Origin: Alloascoidea hylecoeti | Taxonomy: Eukaryota | NCBI GenBank assembly: GCA_001600815.1 | Contig: BCKZ01000001.1 | Location: 1,583,389 to 1,647,388, forward strand | DNA length: 64,000 nt | Direction: 5' to 3' | Shown here: positions 45,901-57,986 of the stretch, in pieces | Layout of the letters: every line of letters starts with the position of its first letter | How positions within the stretch are numbered: the first letter of the stretch is position 1 | Notes under the pieces: model-generated | Databases searched by the model: none | Seen by the model: only the letters and a program-made list of their open reading frames with translations | Told to the model about the DNA's origin: nothing | Position numbers and translations under genes: made by a program

Positions 45901-47614
45901 AACGGTAAATTTCTTCATATTTCTTAGGCATGGAATAGGTTTTAAGATCTGTAATAAAAAGGAATGATGAGTAATAGCAATATTTATGAGTTGATAGTCC
46001 GGTACTGGTGGACAAGTAGTGATATATGAGTTAATTGGGATTGAACCATGATAGTAGTAGCATTGCCTACGGTCGAAAGTTCAAGGTACAACATATTGGG
46101 TGTAGTGTCGTACCACATAACTTTGTATAAAAAATATATTACATTACTACTAGATATAAAATATGCATTATAATTATAAGTTAAATTTGTTCTGGAACTA
46201 TCGATCAGTTGAAGGTGTTATAATTAAATATTAATACTGTATTTAAAAATAAATGAAAAGATTGATAAACCCGATTGATCACTGTACGAACGTTTTCTAG
46301 AATTGTAATATTAATCTGATCAAAATATAGCATATTAGCAGCTATATAATGTAGATTGAAGTCTTATATATAATTATTATATAGTAGCACATTATAATTC
46401 ATATTTATGATCATGAGCTCCAGTTCGAAATTCATAACTTTTGAAATATTGAATTTGGTTAATGCTGGTTATAATTAGAGAAATTATTTATTGTTAGAAA
46501 AAACCTAGCACTTCAAGTGAATGTGAACTGGAGTAACCTGTTAGTCTGTATCAAAAATTCAAGTTTTTCTCAAAAAGTCCTTTTCAGTAAACTGTGGCTT
46601 ATAATCAAGGATTGTGATGATGTACTAACCATTAGTAATGATTTGTTCAAAAGTGACTAATCATATAATTGTGTAAGTTATACAACTGTTTAACATTGTT
46701 AGGTTAAATTCATATAATCAATTGCAATATTAATGCAATTCTCATTGATTATGATTACATTCTATAGTACTTCTTTTGAAACTGGTTATAATTACAAGCA
46801 TATAATTGTCATAGCTAGTATCACTTTTTCCGATAAGAATTGAAATTTGCAATTAGTACGTGGGACAGATAAATCATGTTGCAATTGCAATTGAGGGACT
46901 TAACTTAAAGAAGAAAACAAGTATCCAATTGTAAATGTGATGTTTGAACCCCGGCTTTAACTAGGGTGTGATGAGAGGCTATGGTAACGTTGACGTTGGA
47001 TAGATCGGAGCACAGCTATCAATTGCAATTACTACCTACTACAAGGATGAAGTAGTATTTACCAGTAAAGTCGTCTAACCACAACGGCCACAGACATGTG
47101 ACAAGAAGCTGTTCCCGATGTTGTAATGGAAGATCTGATTGGTATGAAACTTGGAACAACCAAATGGAGGGCGGCATATTGGTGCATCCACAGGGCAGAA
47201 AACCAAATATTCCCAGTGAATTTCCCACGCGGATGGAGTTCAGATCGATGTGAAGGCGATCGAAATACTAATGTAAATTAATTATAATGTGACAATTACA
47301 TAAGCATGAACCATGAACTGCATTAAAATACCTGTCTGGACTGATGTTTCTACTTTAACCGCATCCGGCTGTTTTTGGTATACATCGACCGTTTACAGTA
47401 TTAACTCTGCAGTGCATCTCCTTGTCGAGTATTAAAATATGACAAATCATGCTACGTCTGTGGTCTAATAATATCTGTAGGTACTAATCATTCAGACATA
47501 CAGGCAAAAAAAAACAATTAAAACCTCTTCATTTCTCCTTTTCTCTCCTTTTTAAAAGTTCTTCTCGGACTGTTCATAGTATATTAACATTTTAAGCCTA
47601 CTGCGTTTTAAAAT

Positions 47615-49524
47615 ATGACCACCACCTTACAAGATTCAAACGAATATCGGGAGTCTGGCTCCTGTCTTTCTGCTATATCTTTAAAGCAGTCGGAATCAAT
47701 AAAATCAAATATTTCTACTACATCTTCGGAGTCCACTGCAAGTACAGCTGCCAGCTCTGTGTCGAGTCCTTCGTCTTTAGTCCCACAGCGTCACCCTTCA
47801 AACCATAAAGGCTCTCATACTGCGTTTATCCATAAACTTTACAAGTAAGTTAAAATTTGTAACCCTCAATGCATGGACCACGTAATTTCTAACTAATATA
47901 CTTATGCAGTATGCTTGAAGATGAGACAATATCACATCTTATATGGTGGACTAATTCAAATGATAGCTTTTCTATTAGCCCTGGAGAGGAATTCTCCAAG
48001 GTACTAAGGTGAGATATAGGTGAATTGTGTTAATCTGTGAACCTTGAACTTAACAAAATGTTTGGACATCGTCCTTTTTCTTTTTTTATTATTTTTAGTA
48101 AATATTTCAAACATACCAATGTCGCATCTTTTGTACGCCAATTAAATATGTATGGCTTTCATAAAGTTAATGATACGTCATTTTTGGGGCAAAATGCGAA
48201 GCACGATCAGGAGGAAAGCCATAATGCTAGTAAGAGAAATTCAAAAACCAATGATTTTAACCCACATTGGGAATTTAAACATAGTACTGGAAATTTCAGA
48301 AGAGGTGATACCGATTCATTGAAATGTATCAAGAGAAGATCATCCAAAACTTCGAAGAATTCCAACAATTCAAATAACAACTCAAGCTCTAAAAGTTCAG
48401 CTGTATGCAAAACCATAAATGATAGCAATATGAAAATTAAAGATATGGAGGCTGGGAATTCGGGCGATGATATAGATATGAATTACCACAAGCGCAGACA
48501 TTCTGAAATAGATGTGAGAATCACTGCATTGAATCAAAACTTTATTGTACTACGAGAGGATTACGTTAGACTTCAATTGAAATACGACATTGCGATTGAT
48601 GAATTGAAGCAAACTAATCTCGATATGATCCATTTACTGGATATTACTCAAAGGCTAGCGTCTAACCATATCCCAGAGGTATCTTCTCAATCATTAACAC
48701 GGGTACCATCAAGTGTTTCATCTGTAAGTGAAACTCGAAGTCCAGTATTAATGTCTAAAGAATTCCAACAGCCACTTATAGAACCTTCTATTGAAGCTGA
48801 GTTATCGGGGTTCAGAAATAAAGTGATTCAAAGAACTTTTTCAGGTAAAGGAACTTCTTTAGAACCATATCATTCTCTTTCTGCAATTAAACCATCTTTT
48901 CGAAAGGATGTTCAATTTTCAGGGTCTAAGCTTAAGCAAAGGAATTACTCTATATTTTGTGATCCACTTGCGTCGTTTCCCCAGAAGAGGCATTCTTCCC
49001 CATCTTCTATTAATCCAGCTCCTTCGGCATCAAACCCTATGAGGTCATTAAGCAATGATATGTCATCGAGGTTGTCTTCTGTGGGTATCTCAGACTCATT
49101 GTCGTCTGAATATCGGAGGCCGTCTTCATTTTCAACGCCATTTATGCACTCAAACGTACCATCAGCTCACAGGGGAAGCCCTCTAGTTGGTTCTTCAAAT
49201 CACCTTGCGCATTCATCTTCAGCGAGCTCATCATCTCCTTCTTATATTCCAATGGCAAGATCTTTATCACGGCCATCCTCGCTATTAGAGGAGCAGTTCT
49301 GTGAGTTTCCTGCTTCTAAGAGAATGAAAACTAGTAGTACACCATCGCTATTGGAGTCTGCTAATATAGGTAAGCACCATATTCCATTAAGCTTGAAGGT
49401 TGCCAGGGAAGCATGCATCATGCAATCGGGATATTCTCCAAGTGGCGATAATTTTAATGATAGTCAACAATTTAATTCATCTAGAAGAGACACCAGTGTT
49501 CAGGCCCTATTGAATAGGGATTAA
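47615..49524 (+). CDS. HSF-type transcription factor, Sfl1/Mga1-like; exons 47615-47844, 47910-48008, 48099-49524
   Basis: Splicing gives AFIHKLYNMLEDETISHLIWW...[31 protein letters not shown]...WEFKH. Coiled coil follows; C-terminal SVQALLN. Confidence 0.88.
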
Positions 49525-52500
49525 AACGAGGGTTATAAAGTTATTGAGATCTATCTATAGATTTTAGTCTATATTAAAGATGTATTATTTATTTTGGGGA
49601 ATTTGCATTCTTCTATCTTTGTGTTAATTTTTCTATTTTTTTTAAAAAGGCTCTTGCTCTAATGGTTTTGTGGTTTCTTATAATATTTATAAAGCTTTTT
49701 AAATTTGTACAATGTTTTTTGGTACCTTTTGTGTTGGTATGGATTTGTTCTGTACTGTGGGTTTGTGGAGTGGTTGTGGTATTTTATTTATTTCTTTTCC
49801 TTAATTTCACATCTAAAGAGCTAGATCAATCTTCTAAGAAAGAGATTGATTTAATGTTATTTCAGGATAAGTTTTGAATATCATTTAGATTTAGGGGGCT
49901 TTTTGGAATCGTTTTGAATCTAATTTTATATAACTAGTTAGGAGAGAAAAATAGTAAATTAAATTTAATAAGAACTAATATTGATGTGTGATGATTCTGA
50001 TGAATCTTAATGGCTGTGTGTGATAATCCCTGAACTGCTGATATTATTTTATAATGAGTGTGGCGAGATTATATATATATTATTTATTATGACAACTAAT
50101 TTTGGATTATACATTATAATTTATAATTAGTAACTGATTGATTAACTTTCAGTTTAATTTGAACGGGATATTTACCTAATTATTTTTGGCAAAATTGTCG
50201 TCAAGAATACTATACCCTAGGGCTTATTTAAATTTAATTTGTTGTGAATATTTCATTCTACCAAGATCAATCTCAAGGAAGATCGTGAGACAACAAACAC
50301 CCAACTCTTTCTTTATATTTATACTTCGCTTCACGATTGAAATAAGCTGAAAGCTTGCAATTACTTTTAAGCTTTGAGATTTTTAAATTTTTGCATTTGA
50401 GTTTGCAGTTGGTGGAGGATATTGATATAAATATATCTAGATGCATGCAAATGGCCCAAATAAGTAAATGACTATATCGATTACAACTATTACAATGTCA
50501 TAGTAGTACTAAGTATGTATATCTTAATAAATAGACTATGTACAGGCCGTCGGGTTCTTTACGTTATCTTAAACTTTATACTTGATTCATTAATATGTAT
50601 ATTAATATCTTAGAACTTTGATACTCAGCTAAGCTAAACAGCAAGAAGTTATAATAGTTTTTAAATTAAATTATTCAATTGAAGATGCTCATAATATAGG
50701 CTTATATTATATTTATAAGTTTATGTAATTAGTCTATTTGTACGGGCTCATATAACGTTTAAATACAATTCAAGGGTCGTCTCATAGATAAACTAATACT
50801 CGATCGCTCGTACCAGTTTAAGTCTTATATTTATATTTAGTTTTGTATTCAGTATTTCTACTTAACTTTTGTTACTTTTTAACTAAATGTTCTACTAACT
50901 GTTAACGAATAACCATTGGTAACCCCTCACTAATTAAACATTCTATCCTTATAAATTATACTTTATACATATAAGCTTGAGCGGTATAAAGCACTTGATA
51001 TTATAATTAATAATTGTGTAGCTGTAGATTTATTATTTTTAGCTAGCTGATTCTGTAGTACACTTTCCATTTTCAAAGTATTAATATGATTGATGTAAAA
51101 ATTGTTCGATTACATGCTAATTTAATTTTTAATTTATATTTATTACAGCTGCAAACACATCCTAGGGCTAGTTGTTTCACTAAAATTCAGGCTGGGTTCT
51201 CAACAATGTATAATTATATTATATATTGCCGCTATTATTGCAATATCAATGTAGGATCATCTTAACGTACAAGCATTGTCAGCACCATAGCTATCGTAGA
51301 TACAAAGTGTATGTAAGTTTCTTGGCCAAAGGAAAATCAGAAATCAAGACACACTTTTCAAAAATTTTTAATATTCGAAATAAAAATTGGAAAAAATATG
51401 AACCTGTGTGTTTTTACAGCGAGTCAAATGGAGAACCAGGTAAAATGTCTTCTTCAGGCGCTCTAGATCTATTATAGCAACTCTTCTTGCAGCTACACTG
51501 ATCGGCATTTTTGACCTTGAGCTTCAATCATTTCTTTTACTTGATCTTCAGTAATGCAAAGAATGATTGCAACAATTACGGTTACACCAGCTAATTAGTT
51601 CCTTGCTGAAGGCCATTTCATTTTTGTAGGTAGATCATCGACCAGGTTGTGATCTGATCAGTGAGCTTGAGTAAAGTTCCTCTTATGCTTCACCTCCTCC
51701 ACAAATTTAAGTTTTAGTTTCCTCATTTCTTTTCAGCGTCACACACTCGCTGATCAAATGGAATTACTTCCCATCAGTAGCTTTATAAAGTGTTATTTCA
51801 CCATCCGGGTCCTTTATTTTCAAGAAGGATGTTTTCCGCAAGGTCACTGGGGATAAGAAGTACGCTATTTTTTTAGTGCAAACTACTTTTTTATATTTAC
51901 ATGCTCATCAAGTAGGATGAATTATATTCACTATTTAAGCATGTAGTACGTCATTTATTCCTCTCCTCCTCTGTGATCTTTAGACCGTGAACTCTGGTCA
52001 TTTTTTGATTTAAAAATAACTACCTTATAGCTATAGGGAACAAGATCACCATTGACACATTCAAGACAAGTCACTAATTATTCTCCAAGAGGGCAACCGA
52101 GGAATATACGGATTTTCCACTAGAATCAACGCCTTTCTGGACTTTCCAACATCCCCAAGAATACAGTCATATGCGCTGTAGATATTTTATGGCTTGTATT
52201 TGTATTTGTCATATAACCATTTCAGCCACAATTTACTTTGCAGAGAATGCCAATCGAGAACCTGAGTTAGCTTGCAAATCATCTGATCATGTTTATCTAA
52301 AAAGATTGTGACCCATCGGTCGGCCACATAATAACCATTTGTTGTTATTGGTACCTATTTAGACCTGGTATATAAATAATATCAATGATGATACATGAAT
52401 TCTACATTGGCCATTTATCTACATTCTATTCGTATGTAAAAGAGTTGACACCTCCAGAAAACACAAAGCATCTGGTGAGAAACACAAATACAAATTCAAA

Positions 52501-53628
52501 TACAGATACAAACACAAACAAAGAGACTAAAAGTGAATAGGGAAAAAGAATTTGCCCTTTAACAGAGCTGCCGCGTTTGACCATTTTCCAATGAGCACAT
52601 TATAATCACCATATGTCATCTTCCTCAGAAGCCAAAAGTTTTTGCTTTGTTTTATGAAACTACTAGATGGGCGGAATTTTATTTAACCTATTCCTAAGGG
52701 AGAGCCTGGAACGGTAAAGGTTTTTGAATATTTTGTGTGATGGTATGCAATGCATAGATCAAAAGAACTTAAGTTTTACGAATTGCATTTTCCTTACTGG
52801 TGAAATCACCAATATTGTAATATCAACAACAATGTTACAGTTCATCCCAAGCCCTGAAATTAGTATCCTGATTCCCACAAGATCAGTAAATAAATAAGAC
52901 CAAAATCTAAACAAACTCCTTTAATTGTACTTTGGTGTTTAGTACTAAATAATAGTAAATATAGCTTGGCATAGTTTGAAAATGCATAGATACTAGATAG
53001 CATTAATGAGATACGCTCAAATAACAAGTGCTTCGTAAAACAACGAGATCTGGATATCAAAAGATTTTATTATCCTAAACTGCTCAACCACAGAAAGTTG
53101 TTTCATACCTAAGCTTTTATAATATATTAATCATATAACGAATGGTGCACGGCGGTATTAAAAGCCACTGAACATGAACAACTTTTAGGAAAATCAAAAA
53201 AATTGATCACCCTTCGCGGAAAATGTGACGACATTACCAAAATGACTTCATTTATATGCTAAAGGTAAAAAAAAGTTAGATAAATGGCGAATGTAAATCT
53301 TGTTTCAAATTAAATTTTGTACTTTGTCAAATATTTTGTCCCCATTTCTTAACTACATAGTACGTAATATATATTATGTACTATGCATCGTGTAGGTGGC
53401 CTATAGTTACGGAATAGCGTAATGTTTGCATATAATCATGTGCATAAATGAGGTGCTTACCACTACTAGATGAGTGCATGCATCTGAATACTGAGATATT
53501 ACCTCATAACGTAGTATATACAATTGCATACATATGATTGAAGACCTAGAAAAACGTTGATCACTTTCAGTGCCAAACATAGGTATTAGTTTTTTCATAT
53601 TTGTTACCCGGCACAGAAACTTATTATA

Positions 53629-56600
53629 ATGTTCTCTTCCCTTTATTCTTGGATTATCTCTCTAACTGATAATCATGAGCTAACAATGGAATTACGACTC
53701 TTTAGACTATCAATAAACAAGGATATCGAATCCTCCCAAGACTCGCAAGTAGAAATACCGCTTGAAATTGAGAACAAATACTCTTTATTATTCCTTTTTA
53801 GGAAAATAAAACAATGCCTCAGAATAGGCTCAAAGAGAAATAATAGTTGGCCTTTTCAGTTAATCTTTATATTGTCAACATTATTCTTGATTTTAGTACT
53901 TTATTCATATAGATTTTTAGGCTCGGAATCGACTACTTGTGATCCAGGACCACCAATAAACCCAAGATATATCAAAATTGACGGGTTTGATGCTAACCAT
54001 TCTAGGCTATCAAAAAAATATGATCTATTTCTTTATAGAGAAGATACAGAAGAGGATATTATACCTAAAGGAATTCCTGTCGTTTTCATACCCGGACATG
54101 CTGGCAGCTATCAACAAGGCCGTTCATTAGCTGCCGAAGCTGTAAAAACGTATCATGAAATATATGAAAATGATAAGATTAAACTACGCAATCCATTCGC
54201 TCAAAACTTGGACTTCTTCCTTGCGGACTTTAAGAACGACTTTTCTGCGTTTCATGGTCGAACTATCCTCGATCAGGCAGAATATCTTAATGATGCTATC
54301 AAATTTATTCTTACTTTATATAATAATGATGCAAACAAACCAGCAATTCTTCCACAATCAGTGATATTAATAGGCCATTCCATGGGTGGGTTAGTTTGTC
54401 GTGTGTTAATGACTACTTCAAATTATATACCTGGCTCCGTTAACACTATAATTACTCTATCTAGTCCCCATGCGATTCCACCAGTGACATTTGATTGGGA
54501 CACGATAAACATTTACGAAAAATGTAACAAATACTGGAGAGACTCATTTAGTTCCTCAATGCTAGATAATCCCTTAAGTAACCTTTCATTGATCTCGATT
54601 GCTGGAGGAAAACCCGATACGACACTTCCTTCTGATTACACCAGTCTCATTTCTTTAATGCCGGAAACTAACGGATTGACAGTTTTTAGTACCGGAATTC
54701 CAAAAGTTTGGACGCCAATCGACCACTTAGCAGTTGTTTGGTGTAATCAACTTCGACATGCTATTGTGACAGCTTTATTAGAAACCGTTGATAGACGCTC
54801 CCCCAGCAAAACTAAAAACTTGACAGAGCGAATGAGTATGTTTAAGAAAATATTTCTAAATGTAGTTGACAAAGAAATGAACAATGACACCCTTGATACT
54901 TTTCTTCAAATAGAAGATGGGTCAAACTACATCCCTGCAAAAGATCACCTTATTATGAAAGGCTATTCTAGTTCACAGAATATTAACCTTATCAAAATCC
55001 CCCAAACATCACAGACCGATAATAAACTTACGATACTATCAAATGTTAATTTTCAAGAAAATGACTCGTTGAAAGTGCTCATATGCAACCAAACAGACAG
55101 TCAGTCTATACCTGTCCATTTGACTCACATTAGGACAACTTCAGGTGAAACAAAAGTTATAGAGAGGAACCAATTTGATTCTGCTCAGGACACACGTAAT
55201 CTTGTTTGTCAAAATCTCAGAGAATTTACTATGCTTGCACCGAAGTCCTCAATGGATTCTCTACAATTGATACATACTTCCCCCAATGATGACACAAATT
55301 TCGGCATTCTAGATTTCAATGTCAACGATATTAAAAGTTTTGATTATGTTGCTATCGTCGGAGCGCTGGCAGAGAAATCAGACAGATTTCTTTTAGGAGA
55401 AATTTCACCTCTATCTAGAAACTCGATAGTAATCAAGGAGAATATATGGTCACTTTTAAGAGGTGTTAAATTATCGATTCCATCCAAAAGTATAAATACG
55501 GATATCAAAATTGATTCTTCCAAGAGTAATCTATTTGTTTACGATGTTGAGATAGCTCACAACTCGTCTTGCTCTTCTAGTTCCTTATTTTCACCATTTG
55601 CACGTCAATATATAAATTCACTACATGAGAGCGCTTATCACATTAACCTTGGAAAATACCCCGAACGACGAATTTCATTCGATGGAATGCCACCATTTGT
55701 GCCGTATTCAAAATCAACAGACAATAGTTTACACTTTCAAGTTTTTACTGACTCTCTAACCTGTGAAGAATCAAAGTTAACTTTTAGCATCAAACTCAAT
55801 ATTTTCAGCTCACTTGGACTTTTAGTCCTTAGATATAGACTTGTGCTAGTTTCATTCCCATTGCTGGTCGTTCTTTTGGTCTTTTTAATTCAAATTAACA
55901 CATATTCAACCAAAAGGAATTTTATTAGTTATGAGGAAGGGTTAAGCATTTTGTGTAATAGGTATCTACCTATAATTCTCATAACTCTATCTCTCACTTC
56001 CTGGCTTGTTTCAATAGATTTAATAAAACATTTTCTGTCGCTACTTGATGTTGCAAGTTCAGAATCTTTCAGAGATGTTTATAAATTGGGTTCGAAATAT
56101 TCAGTGAACAAATATTTTCTTGGTCTTGAAGATATTGGCCCACTATGGTTATTGGGTCCGTTCTTCTTTTTTGTTTCCATTACAGTTTCCACCATAATTT
56201 ACTTCGTAATTATAATATTACTTAAGCTCTTTTCCCGACTGTTATTGACGCTATTACGTCTATTTCCTAAAGGAACTCAAATCTTACAGTTCAATCCCGG
56301 CCCTACAAGTGCTCTAAAGACAACAACAGCACTGGTTGCTTTATCAATGCTATTGGTAATATGGGTCCCATTCCAGGTTATTTTTGTTATTGAATTTTTT
56401 ATTATTGCAATTACCTGTGTTCGATTATATACCATTGCTCAAGATAAGGAAGGTAATTACCATATTCCTCTTTTCAGGTCAGAAGAATCAACATATGTCA
56501 AGTTAGAACATTCTCTTCACTTTATGATATCTTTCTTAATGATAATGATTTGGGTTCTTTTTCTAAATATACCTATTACCGTTGTTTGGTTACAGAATTT

Positions 56601-56886
56601 ATCATTACATTGGTATACATCTTTTAGTATTTTAGAAAATATTCTTTCAATTGCTCCTATTATGCTTCTAGTTAACATAACGGCGATTAATGGAACGCTA
56701 TCAACAAAACCCACTGATACTCAACTTAAGATATTGGGACTGATAGTTATCTATATGGGTTTCTATGTATTAATATATGGGATACAGCACACTTTTTGGA
56801 TTCATTATATATTTGAGACTCTATGCTTTTGGTTATTCATAATTGAATTTGGGCATGAATATCTTCAAGAAAGAGCTGTAAATTAG
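53629..56886 (+). CDS. BST1: GPI inositol deacylase (PGAP1 family)
   Basis: GIPVVFIPGHAGSY.Q.RSLA, DFSAFHG, GHSMGG nucleophile motif, IDHLAVVWC; multiple C-terminal TMs. Confidence 0.95.
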   Translation: MFSSLYSWIISLTDNHELTMELRLFRLSINKDIESSQDSQVEIPLEIENKYSLLFLFRKIKQCLRIGSKRNNSWPFQLIFILSTLFLILVLYSYRFLGSESTTCDPGPPINPRYIKIDGFDANHSRLSKKYDLFLYREDTEEDIIPKGIPVVFIPGHAGSYQQGRSLAAEAVKTYHEIYENDKIKLRNPFAQNLDFFLADFKNDFSAFHGRTILDQAEYLNDAIKFILTLYNNDANKPAILPQSVILIGHSMGGLVCRVLMTTSNYIPGSVNTIITLSSPHAIPPVTFDWDTINIYEKCNKYWRDSFSSSMLDNPLSNLSLISIAGGKPDTTLPSDYTSLISLMPETNGLTVFSTGIPKVWTPIDHLAVVWCNQLRHAIVTALLETVDRRSPSKTKNLTERMSMFKKIFLNVVDKEMNNDTLDTFLQIEDGSNYIPAKDHLIMKGYSSSQNINLIKIPQTSQTDNKLTILSNVNFQENDSLKVLICNQTDSQSIPVHLTHIRTTSGETKVIERNQFDSAQDTRNLVCQNLREFTMLAPKSSMDSLQLIHTSPNDDTNFGILDFNVNDIKSFDYVAIVGALAEKSDRFLLGEISPLSRNSIVIKENIWSLLRGVKLSIPSKSINTDIKIDSSKSNLFVYDVEIAHNSSCSSSSLFSPFARQYINSLHESAYHINLGKYPERRISFDGMPPFVPYSKSTDNSLHFQVFTDSLTCEESKLTFSIKLNIFSSLGLLVLRYRLVLVSFPLLVVLLVFLIQINTYSTKRNFISYEEGLSILCNRYLPIILITLSLTSWLVSIDLIKHFLSLLDVASSESFRDVYKLGSKYSVNKYFLGLEDIGPLWLLGPFFFFVSITVSTIIYFVIIILLKLFSRLLLTLLRLFPKGTQILQFNPGPTSALKTTTALVALSMLLVIWVPFQVIFVIEFFIIAITCVRLYTIAQDKEGNYHIPLFRSEESTYVKLEHSLHFMISFLMIMIWVLFLNIPITVVWLQNLSLHWYTSFSILENILSIAPIMLLVNITAINGTLSTKPTDTQLKILGLIVIYMGFYVLIYGIQHTFWIHYIFETLCFWLFIIEFGHEYLQERAVN

Positions 56887-57986
56887 GGGAACACACATTT
56901 AGGACATATTTTTGAGGTTCATATCATATTTGATTTTTATTCAATACAGTATAACTATAAGTATGCATGTATATATAACACTATAGCTATAATTGTTTTC
57001 AAACGAAGTTCGGATATAATAATAATTTACCTTCATTTTTTGTTTTTCAATCGGGTGTCTCTAACTTTGGTACAGGAGATACAAACATGAAAGAAACGGG
57101 TCATTTCCTCTAGGCCAAAACCGGCACTAAAATTTCTGTAAGCCCGTGTCGATTATAGAGGCTATGAACAATTCCTTTCTCCTCTTCATAATATCTACGT
57201 TCAGTATAACTGCCATCAGTATAACTGTTTCAGGGAAACATTTCTTCGTTATGTCCGCTCAAAACTATAATTAGTTATGCTTCCTTTTAGACCTGGATGT
57301 TTTATTGAAAATTCCAAACATATCATATGTTTTTCTTTCATACTAGTTAGCACCTTCATATAATCGAGCAAGACTGCTGATAACCTCTGAAGCGTAGATT
57401 TTGACCTTTGAATTATGTGTTACAAGATAGTTAATTATAAACAGCATCAAAATGTTTTACTTCAGTAGGATAACAGTTATATACGCTAAAGGCTCGAAAT
57501 GTGTAGTTGCATGATATTTAAGAAAAGAAGAAATATGAGTAAGATCAGTTCATCTTTTCAAACAAAGAAAGAATTCTTGGATGATTTTTGCTCATGATGC
57601 CATATTTGTGGAGTTCTTCACCATGATTATTCTCTATATATTTAGCCGCTGAATTTATAATATCTGCCTTTAATTCATCAAGTTATATATTTAATCAAGA
57701 TTATACGTGTTAATTTATTCATAACGTTTTGCTTCTGTGAATTATTGTACAAGTTATGATTGATATCTAACATCGATAGTTGAGAAACTTAAAATACCAC
57801 ACATCATAACGTAGCTTCTAGATGAAATAGATTCGATGACTCGGAGACTATTATGGTGTACTCCAAAATTCGAATCCTTTTATTGCAATTGAAAACTCGA
57901 GACATAATTACTAGATTTTCCATTTAAAGTAGTACAACAATTATATAAACAGTTTTCATTACTTATGTAAATACGTAAATATCATT

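Noticed and set aside
38448..47228. Scattered 60-95 aa ORFs in the gene-free tract
   Set aside because: I/F/K/N-biased composition typical of random AT-rich DNA with no motifs, except 39739-39951, which belongs to the Tc1 relic.
51640..51660. SDHNLV on the minus strand resembling the APE endonuclease SDH motif
   Set aside because: No accompanying GDFN or RID motifs; chance match likely.
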